Assembly: GCA_040390855.1 (NCBI GenBank)
Contig: JAZJXO010000031.1
Location: 39,088 to 71,087, forward strand
Direction: 5' to 3'
Length of the DNA stretch: 32,000 nt
Source: Pseudomonadota bacterium
Lineage (GTDB): Bacteria; Pseudomonadota; Alphaproteobacteria; Parvibaculales; Parvibaculaceae
Shown: positions 8,753 through 17,162 of the stretch, in pieces
How positions within the stretch are numbered: the first letter of the stretch is position 1
Layout: every line of letters starts with the position of its first letter
Notes under the pieces: model-generated
The model's input: only the letters and a program-made list of their open reading frames with translations
What the model was told of the DNA's origin: nothing
Databases searched by the model: none
Program-made: the position numbers and the translations under genes

Positions 8753-9243
8753 GACCTGGCTCTCTTCTGGTCCCGCAGGCCGAAGAAGCGGGGGCCGTTC
8801 CAGTTGGTACCGGTAATTGCCAATGCGACCTTTGACAAGCTTGGGTAGATATTACCGCTCCACGCAAAGCCTTCCTCAAGGACCATCACCTGATGGCGTG
8901 CTCCATCATGATCGCGGATGAGAAGCGTGCCGGGTACCAACGCCTCTGTACCGGGTAGAGGGATACTCTCATTGTTGCTGACTGATGTGTCCCCCTTAGA
9001 AAGATTGCCGCCTTTGGTTTGCCGAGTGAGATGATCAAGAAATCGTTCTGTCTCCTTGCTGATATCACCCAACGCCTGCGCCTGCAGGCGGTAGGCCAGC
9101 AGACGCAGGAGAAGGTGACGGGGTAGATGTGCTGGTGCTGTTCGGCGGAATGCTGCGCGCCAGCGCAGGCGAAGAGCGTCGAGATCGAGATGGCCCAGGC
9201 CATCGATCTCGATCTCGATGTCGTTAGCAGAAGTCGCCGGCAT
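8749..9243 (-). CDS. DUF2924-family protein (recombinase-associated)
   Basis: LRLRWRAAF...LLLRLLAYRLQAQALGD...WNGPRFFGL matches my recollection of DUF2924. Its stop overlaps the recombinase start (ATGA at 8749-8752). Confidence 0.75.
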   Translation of the reverse strand: MPATSANDIEIEIDGLGHLDLDALRLRWRAAFRRTAPAHLPRHLLLRLLAYRLQAQALGDISKETERFLDHLTRQTKGGNLSKGDTSVSNNESIPLPGTEALVPGTLLIRDHDGARHQVMVLEEGFAWSGNIYPSLSKVALAITGTNWNGPRFFGLRDQKRARS

Positions 9244-9247
9244 GGAC

Positions 9248-9610
9248 CTACGCTCCGATGATGCGATAGCGCCGTCCCGACTTGTCGGAGGTCTCCGATG
9301 TCAGTGTCAGACCAAGGCGCTTCTTCACCGTTCCGGACAGGAAGCCGCGCACGCTGTGCGTCTGCCAGCCAGTTGCCGCACTGAGATCATTGATGGTCAC
9401 CCCGTCTGGTCGTTTAAGCATCTCGATGATGATGTTGAGCTTGCTTGGTGGGCGTGGCGCTGTCTCTGAAGGCTTTGATGATCGGGTTGTCGCGCGGACG
9501 TTCGCTTTAGGCTTTGTCTCAACAGCGGTTGGCTTCAAGCGCCCACTATGTTGCGGTGCGGTCTTCTTAGTTGGCTTGCTGGTTGTTGTTTTGTTGCTCT
9601 GCGGCTTCAT
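9248..9610 (-). CDS. DUF3489-family protein with a Lys/Thr/Pro-rich N-terminal tail
   Basis: MLKRPDGVTINDLSAATGWQTHSVRGFLSGTVKKRLGL is the DUF3489 signature as I recall it. There is a strong SD (AAGGAGG) before the ATG at 9610. The gene ends 4 nt upstream of the DUF2924 gene. Confidence 0.75.
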   Translation of the reverse strand: MKPQSNKTTTSKPTKKTAPQHSGRLKPTAVETKPKANVRATTRSSKPSETAPRPPSKLNIIIEMLKRPDGVTINDLSAATGWQTHSVRGFLSGTVKKRLGLTLTSETSDKSGRRYRIIGA

Positions 9611-9934
9611 GATCTGCCTCCTTCGGGCTTCGTTGGCGACGGCTTATGCCGTCACTGTCAGAAGCCCCGGGTGGCTGTGGTGCCGCGGGGCGGGTCTAGG
9701 TCGGGTGCTCTTTGGCACCGGACACCCACAGCAACGCTCTGTTAGCAGAGGAAGTCGAGTGGGAATTTGGGGAAGGACCGCTTTGCGCTCCACGTTAGAC
9801 GTGCGATCGGGGCTCAACCGTTCGTGACGGCGGTGATTTGTTCAACATGATTGATGCCGACAAAGTAGTTTTACCAACCCGTCTTAGGTTCGACGGCCTG
9901 TATCGGAACCAGGCTTAAGTCGATAGAATGCCCC

Positions 9935-11251
9935 ATGGCTTGGGATCACGACGAAAATCATTGTCCGTTGGCAGCAGCCGATCGACGCCTTGGCGATGTT
10001 CATCGCTTCTGGCATCAGGCTGAACGTGCCTATTTCGACCCTGACGAATTCCGGGTGTCGATCCAGGCCGCGATCCAGACCGCCCGCCAGGTCACCTTCG
10101 TGCTGCAAAAACATAAGGCCGTCATCCCGGACTTCGATAGGTGGTATGGAGGCTGGCAAGAAAGGCTCGCTGCCATCCCGCTTATGAAGTGGATGGTTGA
10201 GGCCCGCAACCGCATAGAGAAGCAAGGCGACCTAGAGGCTCATAGCTTCATCAGTGCAGAGATTGTTGCCTCACACTTGGACGAGGGCCCCAAAATTCAG
10301 GTGTCGGCGAAACTGACGGATGCTCCACTGGAATTGGTAAAGAGCATTCCGGACTCAATGGTGGGCGGTCACATCAAGAAGGATGGCGTACTCAGAATTC
10401 GCCGTCGGTGGATCGAGAATACACTTCCCGATTTTGAACTTTTGGACGCGGTCGCCACCGCCTATGGGCTGCTTGTTCAGCTCGTTTACTCCGCTCACGT
10501 TCAGATTGGCTTGCTCGGTTCGGTAACAACCAATGTCGATACCGGCGAGCAATACCCTGAAGGCCTCAGGGACGGCCGCTTGCCCTGCATGATCGGCCAT
10601 GAAGACGCTCGGACTCTCGATGTCTGGCTGGCGAATGGCCAGCCGTTGGAATTTGAGGAAATTCGCAAAGAAGTAAATCTCGCTGAGGCTCCTGAACTCA
10701 AAGAACGGTACGGCATCGATCCGGCTAAAATGTATGCTGCAAGCGGCAAGGCTCAGGATCACGCTCGGTCGCTCTTCGCTGCCGCCCGCATAATGTTCGA
10801 GAAGGAGGGTCACCACATCACGCTCGTTATTCTGCTGCGTGACGGTCGGCCCGTAGGTATGCGCGAGTTGCGGCCGATGGAACACGGCCATAAGTTCATG
10901 ATGATGAGAGCGCTCGCACAGGAGGCGCAAAAGATCGGGGCCGATGCGACGGTTCTGATCGGTGAAAGCTGGAGCGCGCCCGCAAACCCGGACAAGCCCT
11001 ATATGCGCGCGGCCGACTCTCCTGACCGTAAGGAATTTCTAACGGCGACAGCCGTCTCCAGGGATGGCGAGCCCATCTTGTTGCGGGCTGAAATCCTGCG
11101 GGATGGCAAAACGGTGAAGCTGGATGAAACCCGCGAAGAATTCGGAGGGGCGCATTTCATTTTTGCGCCACTATACGTAGTCTGGAAGAAGCCTATTCCC
11201 GTTCAGTGGGGAGATTTGCCCACGGGCTTCGATGGGACTGAGCAAAAATAG
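9935..11251 (+). CDS. Hypothetical protein, 438 aa, no recognisable domain
   Basis: Uninterrupted 1.3-kb ORF in moderate-GC DNA. It is convergent with the defence ATPase gene, with an 18-bp gap. The RBS is weak or absent. I could identify no motif. Confidence 0.6.
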   Translation: MAWDHDENHCPLAAADRRLGDVHRFWHQAERAYFDPDEFRVSIQAAIQTARQVTFVLQKHKAVIPDFDRWYGGWQERLAAIPLMKWMVEARNRIEKQGDLEAHSFISAEIVASHLDEGPKIQVSAKLTDAPLELVKSIPDSMVGGHIKKDGVLRIRRRWIENTLPDFELLDAVATAYGLLVQLVYSAHVQIGLLGSVTTNVDTGEQYPEGLRDGRLPCMIGHEDARTLDVWLANGQPLEFEEIRKEVNLAEAPELKERYGIDPAKMYAASGKAQDHARSLFAAARIMFEKEGHHITLVILLRDGRPVGMRELRPMEHGHKFMMMRALAQEAQKIGADATVLIGESWSAPANPDKPYMRAADSPDRKEFLTATAVSRDGEPILLRAEILRDGKTVKLDETREEFGGAHFIFAPLYVVWKKPIPVQWGDLPTGFDGTEQK

Positions 11252-11269
11252 TCGGTGGTAATCATCAAG

Positions 11270-13123
11270 CTATCCCGCTGCCGATTCCGGTATGAACCCG
11301 ACCCTGTCTCCGGGGCCAGCTTCATCCCCGGCAAACCACTCGTAATTAACAGCGCTAGCTACATCGGACGGGGGCTCCTTGTTTTCGATGATCACGACCT
11401 GAACGTTGTTGGAGATGCTGGTGAGCGATTTCCAAAAAGCAGCCTCTACGCCCTGGCTCACAGCCGCGTCCGTGCCACGGACACCCGTTCCCTGCTTTTT
11501 GTAACTCGTCAGAGGAGAGTCGATCATGACAAACCCTGGATGGGGCAGACCTTCCCTCTGGCAGTACCGAACGAGGGCGATCACGAAAGCTGAATATAGT
11601 ACAGCACGCACGCCTTTGCCGTGAGATTGTCGGGTCTGGCCATCCACCTTGATGTCGTATGCCTTTTCATCGAACTCGACCCGGCCTTCGCCGTCCCATT
11701 TCCATTCCTTGAGAACGATTTCGATCTCCTTACAGAAGGCTGTCAGGGGCTTGCTCGGCAGTTCTTCCCATTGCCTTTTGCCAAGATTGCTGTCGGTAGA
11801 TGTCTTCTCAATCCGTGCTTTGAGCGAGCGGAGATTTTCCGCTTGTTCGCAATCATTGCGGGTGATCTCCAACTCCAGTCGTCGCGCGTTAAGACGCCGC
11901 AGTTGAGTAGTGCTGTTCGCAATTGCAGGCTGAACGATACTGGCCAAACGCTGCTCAGCGGAATGGACCGTCTCATGCGCTTTTGAACGCTCGACATCCC
12001 GCGCTTCGCGGCGTCGCTCCAAGCTGGCGATTGCATCATCAAGGTCGCGACGCTGTGCGAGGATTTTAGCTGCTTCTGCGCGGGCTGCCGTGTAGATGTC
12101 TGCGCTGGACTGAGCGGCCTTGTGAACGTGCTCTTCGTCCATGCTCTGACCGCAAAGCGGGCAGTCAACGTCCTGTAAACCGTCGAAGTAATGCGCTCCC
12201 TCCGATACAAAATCCAAACGGCTCAAATCCGAGGTGTAGTGCTCACTGAGAAGCTGATATCTTGTCAGCAACTGGTCGATCGCCAGCACTTGCGTCTCGG
12301 CTTTCACCCTAATATCGGCGGCGGCATCTCGGTCTTGCATTAGCGTCATGCGCTCGCTTTCGACCACCAATAGATCATCAGATACCCGAGCGATTGCCTC
12401 ATCAATCTTGTCGATAGAGTCTTCAGTCCCGTCTGTCGGGTTGCTCTGAAGACGTTGTTCCAGCGGCGCGAGAAGGTCATTGATTAGCGTCACCTGCGCG
12501 TTGAGCCGGGCCGCAGCAATCGCCTTCTTCTCCGTCGCAATAACACTCGAATCATCTTTGCCCGAAAGCATGTAGGCAAACATGCGCTTCCGCGCGGTGT
12601 CGTCGTAACCCTCCCCCCCAAGAACCGGCGACTGCTCCTCGATCACGGACACCTCATCGACAACGATGATAGGAAGAAATGTCCGGATGGTGAGGCGCTG
12701 GGTTTTTCCGTCGTTATTCTTACGCAATTGAGCTTCAGAAATGCCCGCAAACGGGAAGAGCACGGAGGTCACATCAGCGGCCTTGCTAAGCCCGCGGCGA
12801 CGATTCGCGACAACCTCGCCGTCCTCGTCGATCAAAGCTATAGGACAGTGGTGAGCTGAAAGATCTCCGCCTGAGAGGCTTCTAACAAGAGAAAGAAATT
12901 CGCCTGCCGAGTTTTGAAATTCGACCGAGAGCTTCTCATATGACTCGGCCAGAGGAATGCGTTTCTTTAACTCATCGGCCCCGAATATATAGTCCAGGCA
13001 ATGCAGCAAGTAGCTTTTCCCGGTGTCCGACTCGCCAGCAATTACATTGGGGCCATGCCCAAACTTCACGGAAGCGTCAGGGAGCCCTTTGCCGCTGAGC
13101 AGGATTTCTCTGATTTGGAGCAT
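11270..13123 (-). CDS. Rad50/SMC-like ABC ATPase of a Lamassu / ABC-3C system (LmuB-like), 617 aa
   Basis: N-terminal Walker A is VIAGESDTGKS. A long heptad-rich middle region follows, with CPLC at its midpoint. The C-terminal Walker B/D-loop is GFVMIDSP. The ATG at 13123 overlaps the upstream stop (TAATG). Confidence 0.8.
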   Translation of the reverse strand: MLQIREILLSGKGLPDASVKFGHGPNVIAGESDTGKSYLLHCLDYIFGADELKKRIPLAESYEKLSVEFQNSAGEFLSLVRSLSGGDLSAHHCPIALIDEDGEVVANRRRGLSKAADVTSVLFPFAGISEAQLRKNNDGKTQRLTIRTFLPIIVVDEVSVIEEQSPVLGGEGYDDTARKRMFAYMLSGKDDSSVIATEKKAIAAARLNAQVTLINDLLAPLEQRLQSNPTDGTEDSIDKIDEAIARVSDDLLVVESERMTLMQDRDAAADIRVKAETQVLAIDQLLTRYQLLSEHYTSDLSRLDFVSEGAHYFDGLQDVDCPLCGQSMDEEHVHKAAQSSADIYTAARAEAAKILAQRRDLDDAIASLERRREARDVERSKAHETVHSAEQRLASIVQPAIANSTTQLRRLNARRLELEITRNDCEQAENLRSLKARIEKTSTDSNLGKRQWEELPSKPLTAFCKEIEIVLKEWKWDGEGRVEFDEKAYDIKVDGQTRQSHGKGVRAVLYSAFVIALVRYCQREGLPHPGFVMIDSPLTSYKKQGTGVRGTDAAVSQGVEAAFWKSLTSISNNVQVVIIENKEPPSDVASAVNYEWFAGDEAGPGDRVGFIPESAAG

Positions 13124-13623
13124 TACAGTTCGAGCTCCTTGATAATCGTCAGCCGCTCGAACTCTGCGCCCCAACGACCGATATTCGCGGTCATGTAGCC
13201 TTCCAATTCTGCATCTGAATAATCAGCAAATCTCGTCACGACCCACGTTGCGCGGGTCCGCAAAGCGGACGCATAGAAGGAAATTAGCAGATTCAAGAAA
13301 GCACCCGTCAGTGCGGTCGCCCGATAGCAAATGCCAGTTGATTCAAATTTTTTCTCGAGCAGTTCTCTGGCGAACATCGCATCAAGCCCCGCCCGCACCA
13401 GATCGCGTTTTACGAGCAGTTCGCTACCGCGAAACGGTACGGCGGGATGAAGGCTGACCGGGCCATCCTCCACGTCGCCGGAATGAACAAGCAGATAGTC
13501 GTATGACACTAAGCGCTGGAGATCGAATGAGCGCCCGCGTGCCTGATCCAGCACAAACAACAGCCTCAACCCAGATTCGAACGGGGTGTTGAAAGGTCGT
13601 GTTTGAGAACCGAACGAACTCAT
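13123..13623 (-). CDS. Small middle component (LmuC-like / ABC-3C middle component), 166 aa
   Basis: The assignment rests on position and size between the effector and the ATPase, with coupling at both ends (ATGA at 13620-13623, TAATG at 13121-13125). The sequence FDLQRLVSYDYLLVHSGDV...SLHPAVPFRGSELLVKR resembles ABC-3C middle components as I recall them. Confidence 0.65.
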   Translation of the reverse strand: MSSFGSQTRPFNTPFESGLRLLFVLDQARGRSFDLQRLVSYDYLLVHSGDVEDGPVSLHPAVPFRGSELLVKRDLVRAGLDAMFARELLEKKFESTGICYRATALTGAFLNLLISFYASALRTRATWVVTRFADYSDAELEGYMTANIGRWGAEFERLTIIKELEL

Positions 13624-14747
13624 GTGTCGCACCAATGAACCCGGCCTTCGTTTGCCATCTGGTGGCACATGCCTTCGCGGTCGTTGGGTAGAACGTGGGG
13701 CTCCAGCACGTGCTTGCTCAACTGCAAAGCCTGAGAGGCTTTGACGGTGGAGATCAGTCGTTCGTAGCCGTCCGGCTCTCCGGTGTGCCAATGATACAAG
13801 CCGTCGACAAATTCACCCAGGAGAGTGTCGAAGAAGCCCTCGTCGGCCATTTGATCTCGTGCAAGTTCCTTCAGCCCTTCTGCGTGATAGAACGTCAGCC
13901 GGGAACGATCAAACAGACGTCTGTGCTTCTCGGAATGTACAAAGTCAGTCAAATTTGACACCGATTGTCCGAGATCGGCCGAGATGACGGCGAGGAGCTG
14001 GGTCACATATTCGTTCTCCCCCGGCGCAACTTCAGAAGGTGGCTCAGGGGGGGTGGGGCGGTCGATCAGGGGCAACCCGAAAATGGTAAGATGGTATCGC
14101 GTTTGTGCGTGTTCGTTGATCAGGTCAAGAGGCTGCTTAGCCCGAAAAACGGTGAATGGAACGGTCTCGACATGCTTCTTAAGTTTCGGTGTGAGATCGA
14201 CCGGATCCTTGCGAATTTTTGTCCTGATATATTCGCCCCAATTATCGATGACGAATTTCCGGAGTTTTTCCGGTTCGTCCAACAGGTCTTGGAAGGGGGA
14301 CGTCATGCCCTTGTGGGTGACAAAGTGGTATTCCTGCGGAAAGCTGTAGTCGCCGCGGTGGCTGTAAAAGAGAACTTTGCCGATTTCTGCGGCTGCAGTA
14401 CCCGCACCCAACGCAGAGCCATAGTGTTTACACTGGTAAAGGCTCCACCTGCGATTGGGGGCAGTGTTAGGGTCGAGCCAGGCGATGACATCACGCCCCT
14501 TATCTCCGGCCCCTCCACGCTGCTGAACCTCAACTACGCTGGGCACTTTAATCGCGAGATAGCCCGAGGCCCATTCGAGAGTGAAGCGTTCAAATTCGGC
14601 AGCGCTGAAATTTGCTAACCGATCAAGCGGAGCAACGGGAAGTCCCTGACCTAAACCCAAAAGGCGAGCGTTGGCACCCGGCCACGGCGTGGCCGCCTTT
14701 ATGTCTTCCGTTTGGCTCGCACTTTTGTTGTTCTGGATTTTCGTCAC
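13620..14747 (-). CDS. Effector with an N-terminal restriction-endonuclease (Mrr-like, PD-(D/E)xK) domain and a helical C-terminal domain (LmuA-like), 375 aa
   Basis: FERFTLEWASGYL...GGAGDKGRD-x18-YQCKHY is the Mrr_cat-type signature. GTG start at 14747 with a G-rich RBS. It is the first gene of the three-gene operon. Confidence 0.75.
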   Translation of the reverse strand: MTKIQNNKSASQTEDIKAATPWPGANARLLGLGQGLPVAPLDRLANFSAAEFERFTLEWASGYLAIKVPSVVEVQQRGGAGDKGRDVIAWLDPNTAPNRRWSLYQCKHYGSALGAGTAAAEIGKVLFYSHRGDYSFPQEYHFVTHKGMTSPFQDLLDEPEKLRKFVIDNWGEYIRTKIRKDPVDLTPKLKKHVETVPFTVFRAKQPLDLINEHAQTRYHLTIFGLPLIDRPTPPEPPSEVAPGENEYVTQLLAVISADLGQSVSNLTDFVHSEKHRRLFDRSRLTFYHAEGLKELARDQMADEGFFDTLLGEFVDGLYHWHTGEPDGYERLISTVKASQALQLSKHVLEPHVLPNDREGMCHQMANEGRVHWCDT

Positions 14748-15289
14748 GTAGCCCCCAAGAGGAATAGTGCCCCGACTTGGGCTTCTTGGCTAGATCTTTG
14801 AGGCGGTCAGGGACTGATCCGTTCGAAACTCGCTAAATTGCAAAAAAAGGATCGAGTCATCAACAAGTATGGCTCGCGCCTGCGATCTCGTTGTTTGGAT
14901 CGACGATGATTTGCAGGTCTTGCGACCATCGCATCTACGGCGGCCCCATAAAGGTCAGCGAAGGGACTGCACGTGCAGAAGGCGAATTGTCTTTGGTCTC
15001 GGCGACGGGCGCGGCGCCACAGGTGGCTGGGATGCGGTCCAGCAGCTATCGACCCAAATTCGAGCCGCTCAACTATCGAACAGCAATCTTAGCTTTTCAC
15101 ATTGGCTACCCTAAAAGCCGTCAGGCTGATTACAGCCAGCCTCAATCGATGCCTCACGTTTTCACGATCGCTCATGGCGCAAGGTGGCCGTTCAAGGTCC
15201 GATAATATGTATGATGGGAAGGTGGGACCCTTACGTCCTGTATCCAAGCGTATTTGATTTTCGCATTTTCTTTCTACGGTTCAATTATC

Positions 15290-16750
15290 CTACTTGTGCT
15301 TTGTCCAAAAGTGTCCTGGCACCTTGTGATGCAGGTAGCTGATCGGGAGCCGATTGTGTGCTGCGTACTTGATGATTGAGCGGAGGATCAGGACGAAGGC
15401 ATCCATGAGGTCGTCGGTCTTGCCGTGAGGGGCTGTGAGAAGTTCCTGGCGAAGGGTAGACATGTCTTTTGTCTCGAGTGACTTATGCGGGAACAGGACG
15501 CGGTTCTCGATGAATAGATGCTGGACTTCATAGAGGCGCTGTTCTTTAGAGCCTTGAGGCGGGACACTGTAGACGCCCTGATTGTCAAACTGAGGCCTCA
15601 GCATTTGATGCAGACCGATACCCGACGCGGCGTCTTCGATCAGGATATGGCTAGGACCAAAATCTTCATAAAACTTCAAAGCCATTTTCCGGAGTTCGGG
15701 AAGTTCGACATGCCCGCGCCATGCATCGAGCGCATAGAACCTGTTTTCCCGAATACCGACCGCAACGATGGCGGAGTAGGAGGCGTGCTCTGCAAGCGAT
15801 GACGCGCCATCAATGCCAAGGAATATATGTTCGTAATTGTGGTGGCGTCTGAACTCCGTATAGGAACCAATTTGTTCCGGCTTGAGGATAACGCCACCTT
15901 CAGGCATCGGGTCCTGCTGGTACTGGCTGGCAAAGATGCGGGGACTCTGTTTAGCGATCAGAACATCCTTGGGTCCACGCCAGGCGGGATGCAGGATTTC
16001 TCCCTTTTTGCGGTGATAGGTCTCGTTGGGGCCGGTCGCGATGACTTCGTCCTCGGTTGCAACGAGCGGAAGCTTCAGTTGGCGCCAAGGCTCGTTGGGC
16101 TTGGACAGGTAATGCCCGGTAAGATCGTTCAGGCTGATGCGCTGTTTCACACAAATAATTTTGCCTTCAATCGGCTTGGTCAGGCGCGCCGCCAGTGTTT
16201 CGTCGGCCCATTTGCTCGTTTTTTCGAGTTCCGCGTTGGTTAGGCTGGAGTCGATCTTGTGAGGGTCATCGAGAACGATGACATCGGCGGGATGGCCGGT
16301 GATCGGCCCATGGACGGACCGCGCCATGCGGCGACCGCCCTTGGAGGTGACAAGCTCGCTCAATGCGGTTTTGACGAGTGTGGTTCCGGGGAATATGCGC
16401 TGGTATTCGTTGGACTGCATAGCCATCAAGGTGAGATAGGCAAAGCGTTCGGCAATCGGCTCACCATAGCTGACGCAGAGAATGTTGAGGGTCGGATCGC
16501 GCCCGAGGAGCCAGGCCACATAAAGGACGCTGATAAGCTCGGACTTGCCGTGCTGCGGGGGCAGATTGACGATGAGGCGGCTGAATTCAAAGCCCAGTTC
16601 GCACTGTATCAACTCGTGAGCTATCGCCCGATGGTGCCAGTTCTCCTGAAACACGGCACCGGGATTCATGATGGAGAAGAACTTGATGACAAAGGCCATG
16701 AAGTTTTGGCGAATTATGGCGTCGGCCACATCCTTGTCGTGCTTATTCAT
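15290..16750 (-). CDS. Phage terminase large subunit (TerL), 486 aa
   Basis: Walker A-like LPPQHGKSE and Walker B VIVLDDPHK. The C-terminal nuclease-like region reads FLGIDGAS...ILIEDAASG. The ATG at 16750 overlaps the upstream gene by 8 nt. Confidence 0.85.
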   Translation of the reverse strand: MNKHDKDVADAIIRQNFMAFVIKFFSIMNPGAVFQENWHHRAIAHELIQCELGFEFSRLIVNLPPQHGKSELISVLYVAWLLGRDPTLNILCVSYGEPIAERFAYLTLMAMQSNEYQRIFPGTTLVKTALSELVTSKGGRRMARSVHGPITGHPADVIVLDDPHKIDSSLTNAELEKTSKWADETLAARLTKPIEGKIICVKQRISLNDLTGHYLSKPNEPWRQLKLPLVATEDEVIATGPNETYHRKKGEILHPAWRGPKDVLIAKQSPRIFASQYQQDPMPEGGVILKPEQIGSYTEFRRHHNYEHIFLGIDGASSLAEHASYSAIVAVGIRENRFYALDAWRGHVELPELRKMALKFYEDFGPSHILIEDAASGIGLHQMLRPQFDNQGVYSVPPQGSKEQRLYEVQHLFIENRVLFPHKSLETKDMSTLRQELLTAPHGKTDDLMDAFVLILRSIIKYAAHNRLPISYLHHKVPGHFWTKHK

Positions 16751-17162
16751 TTTTGTCTCCTTTGGTCTCTGCTGCATCCTTCAGAACGGCATGCTTGAAC
16801 CGTTCGAGGATCATCTGGTCAGTCTCTGAAAGTGTTTCTTCGGCGTTGTCTTCAATAACGTCGGCCATGATTTTCAGGATCATGCCGAAGACGGAATTCG
16901 CGGCCTTCGCATCACCCTTGATCCCTTTGGCGACGGATGACTTGATCAACGCGCGCTGCTTGGTGATTTTTCGCTGTTTGCCGTTCTCCTGGATTGAGAT
17001 CTGCTCGGAGAGCTCATCCATGAGATCGGTCTTGAAGTTCTTGTGGCCCTTTGGCTTCCCCTTGGGATTGCCGGACTGGCCTTTTTTGAACTGCGTGTGC
17101 GTGGGAGGCTTGCCATAGCCGACGTCGTAGTCGTCGGCCTTGTCCTCGTGATCATCAGACAT
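16743..17162 (-). CDS. DUF5681-type protein in the small-terminase position, 139 aa
   Basis: GYGKPPTHTQFKKGQSGNPKGKPKG motif. The ATG at 17162 overlaps the methyltransferase stop by 8 nt. The longer ORF-track start (17408) lies inside the upstream gene and is unlikely. Confidence 0.7.
   Translation of the reverse strand: MSDDHEDKADDYDVGYGKPPTHTQFKKGQSGNPKGKPKGHKNFKTDLMDELSEQISIQENGKQRKITKQRALIKSSVAKGIKGDAKAANSVFGMILKIMADVIEDNAEETLSETDQMILERFKHAVLKDAAETKGDKNE

Noticed and set aside
12613-14053. C7 tract (12613-12619) in the LmuB-like gene and G7 tract (14047-14053) in the LmuA-like gene, considered as slipped-strand phase-variation switches.
   Set aside because: Seven-nt tracts encoding Gly-Gly or Pro-Pro are common in GC-rich coding DNA and are shorter than typical contingency tracts. 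There is no evidence of variation.
14869-15205. Two overlapping plus-strand ORFs (81 and 104 codons) in the gap between the defence operon and terL.
   Set aside because: They overlap each other in different frames, lack an RBS, and have Arg/Cys-rich compositions unlike real proteins.
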